A DNA stretch of 63,833 nucleotides, counting the filler, from Octopus bimaculoides (Eukaryota), in NCBI RefSeq assembly GCF_001194135.2. It is 9 parts of 8 records of this genome, joined end to end, with 100 filler letters (N's around TTAATTAATTAA, not from the genome) between each part and the next. Parts side by side here need not be neighbours in the genome. Positions count along the whole stretch, not along the records: positions 62,677 to 63,833 come from NC_068983.1; 8 more parts are not named here. The stretch is one strand, 5' to 3'. Numbering within the stretch: the stretch's first letter is position 1; each line of letters begins with the position of its first letter. The translations under genes were made by a program, and so were the position numbers. The notes under the pieces are model-generated. The model ran no database searches. It saw nothing but the letters and a program-made list of their open reading frames with translations, and was not told the DNA's origin. This document shows positions 63,362 through 63,833 of this stretch, piece by piece.

Positions 63362-63612
63362 GTGGAGGCGTGTAGCTTAGTTGTTAGGATGTTAGTCTCC
63401 TGATCGTAAGATTGTGGTTTCGATTCCTAGACCGGGCGACGTGTTGTGTTCTTGAGCAAAATAGTTCATTTCACGTTGCTCCAGTTCACCCAGCTGGCAA
63501 AAAATGAGATAAGCCTGCGATGGAACGGCGTCCCGTCCAGGAGGAGAATATATACGCCATTGAAACCGGGAAACCGTCCGTCATGAGCCTGGCATGGCTC
63601 GAGAAGAAAACA
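63362..63612 (+). mobile_element. SINE with head D, CORE-like body and V-domain-like 3' part
   Basis: B box ggtttcgattcc. Body gttgtgttcttgagcaaaa..ctccagttcacccagctgg is shared with 24397-24716. Then cctgcgatggaacggcgtcccgtccagg, which resembles the V-SINE domain (from memory). Confidence 0.7.
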
Positions 63613-63664
63613 GTTATTATTTTTATTTTATGCGCAAATCTAGGCAAAATTAATTCTACATGAA

Positions 63665-63833
63665 TGGGTGTGTGGTTAAGCCGCTCGTTTTGCAACCATA
63701 AAGCTTCGGGTTCGGTCCTACTGCGCAGAATCTTGGCCAAATGTCTTCTGCTACAGACTCGGGCTGACCAATACATTGTGAGTGGATTAGGTAGACGGGA
63801 ACTGCATGGCAGACACATTGTGTGTCTATATAT
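63665..63833 (+). mobile_element. Older SINE A head and body
   Basis: gtgtggttaag..gggttcggtcctactgcg..tcttggccaaatgtcttctgctac..gtgagtggattaggtagacgggaactg. Confidence 0.8.

Overview
AT-rich eukaryotic genomic DNA from a draft assembly. It has many N gaps, eight of them carrying a TTAATTAATTAA six-frame-stop linker between 44-N pads. The tRNA-derived SINE families and the microsatellite load point to an octopus, probably Octopus bimaculoides (inference). No intact host gene, tRNA, rRNA or CRISPR array can be supported. Nearly all listed ORFs are N-gap or microsatellite artefacts. The window is a transposon graveyard. DNA transposons: decayed mariner, Tc1, Tigger/pogo, DUF4817-type and maT-like elements, plus several MITEs (pogo-like, mariner-like, piggyBac-like, and a 298-bp Kolobok-like fold-back). 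Retroelements: fragments of R4/Dong-like, RTE, CR1/L2, L1/Tx1-like and possibly Gypsy elements, plus more than 25 SINE copies built from shuffled head, body and tail modules. The best signal is a Penelope-like terminal-repeat family (4 copies) carrying a minimal type I hammerhead ribozyme with a loop-less palindromic stem III (dimer-type). One copy has a canonical core (57212-57247, minus strand). A second, unrelated hammerhead-like core lies at the centre of a 240-bp near-perfect palindrome (51936-52175). All protein and family assignments are by eye, not from database searches.
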